Assembly (NCBI GenBank): GCA_011109175.1
Contig: RDEW01000088.1
Location: 25,135 to 63,281 of the forward strand
Reading direction: 5' to 3'
From: Dicyema japonicum
Lineage: Eukaryota > Animalia > Dicyemida
Length of the DNA stretch: 38,147 nt
Both the position numbers and the translations under genes were made by a program. This document shows positions 32,822 to 38,147 of this stretch, in pieces. How positions within the stretch are numbered: position 1 is the stretch's first letter; every line of letters begins with the position of its first letter. The notes beneath the pieces were generated by a model that did not search any database, was not told the DNA's origin, and saw only the letters and a list, made by a program, of their open reading frames with translations.

Positions 32822-33887
32822 CAGTATGACCTCTATTTGGGGCACCTATTTAAAAAATTCCCCAAAAACAGAGGTTTCCCCAAAAATGGAGGTTCTGCAT
32901 TTTTTTAGATTTATCCGCAGTTTAACAATTTAAATTTGCTTTTTATTAAATTTATAGACAAATAATGTTTTTAAATAGATTTTTCAGAATTATATTAAAA
33001 ACAAATTCATTTAACGATAGGAAAATATGTTAAGTTATCTTATAATTAAAATATCGAAAGGCAGTCAGCTACTGGCCGCCGAGAGAATTGAGAAACTGTT
33101 CCCCCTAGAAAAATAGTCTGTTAATTTCCCTCCGGTTGCGGATTTTTCATTCGCATTCCTAATATTTTTTCTGAAATTATAATAATCTTTCAAAGCTTCA
33201 AGAAACAAATGAAAATGTTCTCTTTCAAGTGTATTCATCGCTGTTATTGTTTTCCAAATGAGAATAGGTACATTTTACACCGTCGTATATATCCTCGTCA
33301 TCATTTTCTACTTCATTTTCAGTAATTATATCTTAATTATGTTATCTAAACTCTCCAATCATTATTCAGCAATGAGAGAGTTTGAAAACGACGTTCATCA
33401 ATTTGAATGAGGTATAGTTCAAATTCCTAGCTACTTTTATAGCAATGTTTTTAAGAATAGGTCCTAAAACGGGAATAAATTCTTCCCTTGCTTTAAAAAA
33501 GCATTCAATAAACAATTTATCGAATTTCTGTGATAGACTGTATCTTGTCTGTGAAATTTGAGTAATACAATTTGATTGTACGGACCCATTATTTATAAAG
33601 TTTTATATAATTTTGTTTAATTCTAAATACTGCTCCTAAACAATAGAATTCTCAGATAACCTTTACTAATTTTATACTTTTTGACAATATCTCGTTCAAT
33701 TTTAAGCAATTTTAAGTTTTAACTCCAAAGTAAGCTTCTCCCCATGACAACAACAACGCATATCTAGCACGCGAAGTCTAGAAAATTTTTATATAATTAA
33801 ATTTAATATTAATTGCAAGCTTTATATAAATTAAAAATTAAGTGCCCCACTAAGAGGTTCAGGTAATTTCCAAATTTGAAATTACTG
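32822..33887 (-). mobile_element. pogo/Tigger-like element remnant
   Basis: TA-flanked; left CAGTATGACCTCTATTTGGGGCAC vs right (reverse complement) ...GAACCTCTTAGTGGGGCAC; CENP-B-like FLKAREEFIPVLGPILKNIA on the minus strand. Confidence 0.55.
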
Positions 33888-34399
33888 TATAAAAATGATC
33901 TAATTTTCAAACTGCCCAAAACCTGTGCCACTCCTAGTACCTAACTTGTCGTTATTGAACATTTTTTGTCATATGGTTGATTTTTGATATATTCATTATG
34001 TGACATGGGCAACCAGGCCCCTATGGACATGGACATATATATTCTAAAAACTAAGTTTAAAATTCTTCTGACCGAATTTTAGTCGTCCCGAAAGAATGAT
34101 GAATATTTATACAGCATATGTGTATAAGAAATCAAAGAAGGGGGAACATACTAGAGTAGTTTCACACATTACAAACAACACTAGATTATTAGAAAAAAAC
34201 CTGCAACCTATAAGGCGAGGAGAGCATGCCGTAAAAACAATTATGAATTTGAGTTAATCAGAAGAAGATTTTATCGCAATCTTACTAGAAAGATGAGTTT
34301 ATCATTTGGGGAGACCGTTTTTGGAACTGTTTTTTGTGAGGATGAAGTAGAACTCAGGCAAAAATCTCAGAGGTATTCAAAAAAGTTAAAAATTTTAGG

Positions 34400-34600
34400 C
34401 GGAGCATAACTTCAATCATTTCGGAAGAGATATATTGTTCAGTAAATTGCGAACGTCATATTATTCCATATCTCGTCAAGAGATCGCAGATGCTATCATA
34501 ATGTGATTTTCCGGCGTGTCCATTCTCTGGACGGTGACACATTATAAGAAAACAGCGTGGTTCATGCAATATAGAGCATGGGACAAATTTAATAGTGTAG
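34400..34600 (+). pseudogene. Integrase HHCC-domain remnant (Ginger/Gypsy-like)
   Basis: HNFNHFGRDILFSKLRTSYYSISRQEIADAIIM. Confidence 0.4.
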
Positions 34601-35114
34601 TGTCTCCCTTTAAGACCTTTCAAATTCCTTACGTTTATAGAATCTATCGAATATAATTAAACACTCACCATACACATTAACTTTGAATAGGTTAAAATGT
34701 TGAGACTCTGCATGTTTCACTGTGAAAATTGCGTTTTGTGTTACCCCGAAAAGTTATCAAGAACTCAACTTGTGTAAAACCAGTTGACCCGACTTTTTCG
34801 TGGGTAGTGAATCACACAGTAGTCAACTGTATCACCTACTCGACTTATTTCGTCATGCCAACCTGATGGATCAAGAGACATCCTTCGTTGTCTCAACCCA
34901 TAATAAAGAAAATTAGCTCAAATTTTTTTATATTTGAGTAGCAATAATAAGGCATGGCGCTTTTCATAATATATTAATGAGCTATCGCCTCACGAAGTGT
35001 ACTTAATCACTATTCAGAAGTAGCAATTCAGTCATCATTGGTATTAGCTTAATAATTATTCGAATGGGGCTAAGAATTCAACAAATTAAACTTAATAAAT
35101 CAAACTAATAAGCT

Positions 35115-35303
35115 ATATAGTTGATAATAGCAATAATCCATTAAATATTCTGACATTCAAAAGGAGTAATATTTTCCCATTCTTCATAGCAAAATGTTTC
35201 AATTCGTCAATGTTTTCTGTTTCCGTAAACCAACTTTTATTTTTAAAATTTTCCATAATTGTTCGATTGGATTGAGGTCTGGTGATTGACTTGGCCATTC
35301 CAT
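35115..35303 (-). pseudogene. Tc1 transposase C-terminal fragment
   Basis: [21 protein letters not shown]...[10 protein letters not shown]...EWENI. Confidence 0.85.
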
Positions 35304-35699
35304 ATATTTATTTGAAATTTATGAAAATAATTAAGAGAAAAAGGGTTAAAAAGAATACACGATTTCATTATAAAGTTATAAAAACAATCAAAAATACTGA
35401 TCATTATAAAACATGTCAAATTAACAAAAAGGTTCTATGACTTAATGTGTTTTGTTCCAAATAAATATTTTTGCAAGTTTGAAAAAAGTTCAAAAAGTAG
35501 AGATGTTAAATTTTAAAGAACGGAAACGGATTTAGAAGGAATAAAGTTAAAATAAATCATAAAAATAATGCAATTTCAAATAATATTATCAATAAATGAA
35601 AATTCATAAAAATTGTTCCTTCTTAATAAAATTAAATACAAATGCAGTGAATACATTACTAATAAATTTTCAAAGCTCCACAAAATGCGGAGGTGCCAA

Positions 35700-36125
35700 A
35701 AAGCCTAAGGTAAACAAAACTGGATTTGATTTCTCTAAATTTATTTTTTATTTAATATTTCTCTAATTGCTTCTCAGGACTAAATGAGTCTAGGAAATAC
35801 AATGTTTTCTCCGCTTGGAGTCACCCAAAAATTAATATAATTTTTGTAATATATAGGAAAAAAAAACAGATTTATTTTCGGAGTAGTGTAATTGTTCCTT
35901 TTTGTTTCCCAGGCATAGAAGGAGGCCGTCTGTCGTAATTTCACCAAATTTCGGAATTGGGAGATTGAACTCTGTTAAAGTTGCAGTAAATGCCCAAAAC
36001 GTCGTTCAAGTCATTGTACCCATCATTGGAATGGATCTGACAAATTGTTCAAAAATTTGGAATGTTTCAGTTATCCCTTGAACAAATACAGCAAGTTGAG
36101 AAGTATTTCTTCTGTCAGTACTAAG
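35700..36125 (-). mobile_element. SPIN/GTF2IRD2-like hAT transposase, middle fragment
   Basis: TD..TSQLAVFVQG...PMMGT...ITTDG.PSM.GKQKG. Left boundary approximate. Confidence 0.75.
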
Positions 36126-36135
36126 TATCCAAGAC

Positions 36136-36700
36136 CAGTGACTCTCAAGCTTTTTTAATCAGGGGCCACAAACATTAAAAAAAATTTACAGAGGCCACCA
36201 ATATTTTTTAACAATTATTTATTACTTAAAAAATCAAAATTAGGTTTAATTTTACTAGTTGAAGTACGCAACAAATCACTTAGACTACTATCAGTCAATT
36301 TGTTGCGAACTTCGTTTTAATTCAAACAAGTTTACTAAATGTCGATTCGCAGACATATTTTGATCCAAACATCGCTAAATTGATTTTAGCATTATTGATT
36401 AGATTCGGAAATCGGCCCTCTGGAAGTCTCGAATAAAATCCGATTATTGAAATGCTGCTTAACACACTTTTCAGTTCAATATCAGCTTGTAAATCAATTA
36501 ATTCCAGTTGTAAATTCCGGAAACCTCCTCACTTTTCATAATTAGTGGAGTCGCAAATAATCTCATTGAATTTAAGCCCTCTTCAAAGCTCTGTCAGTTT
36601 AAATTAAATACTAATACCTGAAATCTTGCTTCCAATACTACTAATTGTTCGGTATTTGAAGAATTTTTCTCCTAGAAGAGTTCAAAAAACCTATTTTTCT
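36136..36700 (-). mobile_element. SPIN/GTF2IRD2-like hAT 3' part with TIR
   Basis: LQLELIDLQAD...RFPNL...MFGSKYVCESTFSKL...LTDSSLSDLLRTST; terminal CAGTGACTCTCAAGC at 36136. Confidence 0.8.
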
Positions 36701-37509
36701 TAGAAATTTTTTGAGAAAGTTTAGGCTCCGGCATTACAAAGACTTAGAGGTAACTTTTGGGCAATATCAAACAAGGTGGCCGAACAACATTCTGACGCAA
36801 ATATTTCAATTGCCTTTTTATATACACTCCTCGACAAAAAAAAATGATTCAAATTTTCCTTTTTCTTTGAAATTTGATAAATATAATAATTTCGAAAAAC
36901 TTAGTAGATTAGCCAACAGAATAAGGTTTCATATTTTTAGCCAATAGGTAACTAATTTTTTTTTGGAAATTTTGTTCCAGTCACATAATTTCCAGTAAGC
37001 GTGATTCTCCTGTAAGCTTGCTGATTAATCGTAATGACGAGTCTCATAATGTTGATGTTATAAAGTTTTGGTACAGCAACTTTATAGAAGCATATCAAAC
37101 ATAAAATTAAGTAGTAAAATTTGTCGGCAGGCCAATTTCTTTGGGTATTATAATATTTGTTAGCGGGCCATTTTGGTCGGTGGCGAAATATTGTCAACCC
37201 CCTCTATCGGCTCCATCACCAACAAACTCAAGATTATAACACGTGGAATAAACAATGGACAAATTATGTCAGCCATTTTGTGCCATCGGAACACTTTTGA
37301 GAGACAACACGATATTTGGCTTGTAGGGGCTTCAAGAAAAAAATTACAAATCCAAGGACCTTCGGGAATGTTAGGTATTCCTGCTAAACAGAGAGATTGC
37401 ATTGGTCGCAGAATACAATCGAGTTGGGGTACACTGAGGACCCGCCCAAACAGACCGCACAAAATGTGTTCTCCACATCAGAACCCAACAGACCTTTTTG
37501 CTATAAAAA

Positions 37510-37650
37510 ATTATTTATAATTCCAGCTCAACTGGAACCCTCCGGGCTTTTTCGTGAAGATGGAAAACGCCCAGATGGTGTTACGTTCTTCCCTTTCCTG
37601 AAGGGTAAATGTCTAGCATGGGACTGCGCATTTACCGATAAATCCACTAA
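37510..37650 (+). mobile_element. CRE-clade endonuclease fragment
   Basis: IPAQLEPSGLFREDGKRPDGVTFFPFLKGKCLAWDC. Confidence 0.8.
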
Positions 37651-37769
37651 AGGAACATAGATCTGGTTGTTGTTTTTTTGTATTTCTTTCTGGTACTCGT
37701 CCTGGCTCATCATTTGAGACATACGGTTTGACACAAGAAAAATTAATTCTACTATTTATTTAATTATTT

Positions 37770-37822
37770 ATCAACTTTTAAATCACTAAAAATTTTCTGG
37801 GGACCATGTGTGAGAACCGCTG
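37770..37822 (+). mobile_element. Buster-type hAT end
   Basis: GGGGACCATGTGTGAGAACCGCTG followed by tatTAgag. Left boundary approximate. Confidence 0.6.
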
Positions 37823-37972
37823 TATTAGAGTAATCACAACACTAATGACAGGTAGCATTATCATGCATCAGCACAATTTATCCATTTTTAAATAATAAAC
37901 GATTATTGAGCTGATGCTTTAAATATATTTGAAGTCATCCAAGAATTTTTGAACAAAGAATACATAACTTTA

Positions 37973-38020
37973 CAGTCAAACCTCTCGAATCCGCCGTAAT
38001 TTTCTAAGTCCCAAATTCGG
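37973..38020 (+). mobile_element. Possible pogo/Tigger-type terminal repeat
   Basis: TA-CAGTCAAACCTCTCG; no partner end inside the window. Confidence 0.35.
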
Positions 38021-38147
38021 TTAAGTAATAAAATGCATTTTTTAATTTTTTTGTTAAGTAATAAAATGCATTTTTTTAATTTTTAAGACATTAATTTAGT
38101 CTTTTATTCAAAACAGATTCCGATAATTAAGAAAAATACGAAGGGAA

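Noticed and set aside
14104-37200. Shared GGCCAATTT / GCGGGCCA motifs at 14104-14154 and 37130-37170 as ends of a MULE or MITE family
   Set aside because: Too short; no convincing TIR pair or TSD.

Overview
AT-rich eukaryotic DNA, almost certainly from an animal: it encodes a CRTC N-terminus, a ferritin with vertebrate-type exon boundaries, SSU72 and a metazoan-type tRNA-Arg(TCG). Much of the window is decayed, often nested transposons: six CRE-clade pieces (one full-length, with TSD), two APE-type LINE RTs, one R4/Dong/NeSL-like RLE element, Tc1, pogo, Buster-type and ZNF862-like hAT, Merlin and rve-integrase remnants. Between them lie compact host genes that the ORF track misses because tiny introns split them: SF3A1-like, CRTC-like, ferritin, SSU72 and RNase T2. 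I reconstructed 21 GT-AG introns by hand, all 23-28 nt. This suggests a genome-reduced parasitic animal such as a myxozoan or dicyemid (inference only). Best leads: the micro-intron system, including an apparently minimal SF3A1 and an anomalous SSU72 intron, and a CRE retrotransposon with an N-terminal PHD finger. Caveats: single Ns at 1742, 13911, 17030, 22453 and 30381 look like contig joins. Many frameshifts sit in homopolymers and may be sequencing errors. All family calls are motif recognition by eye, not database searches.
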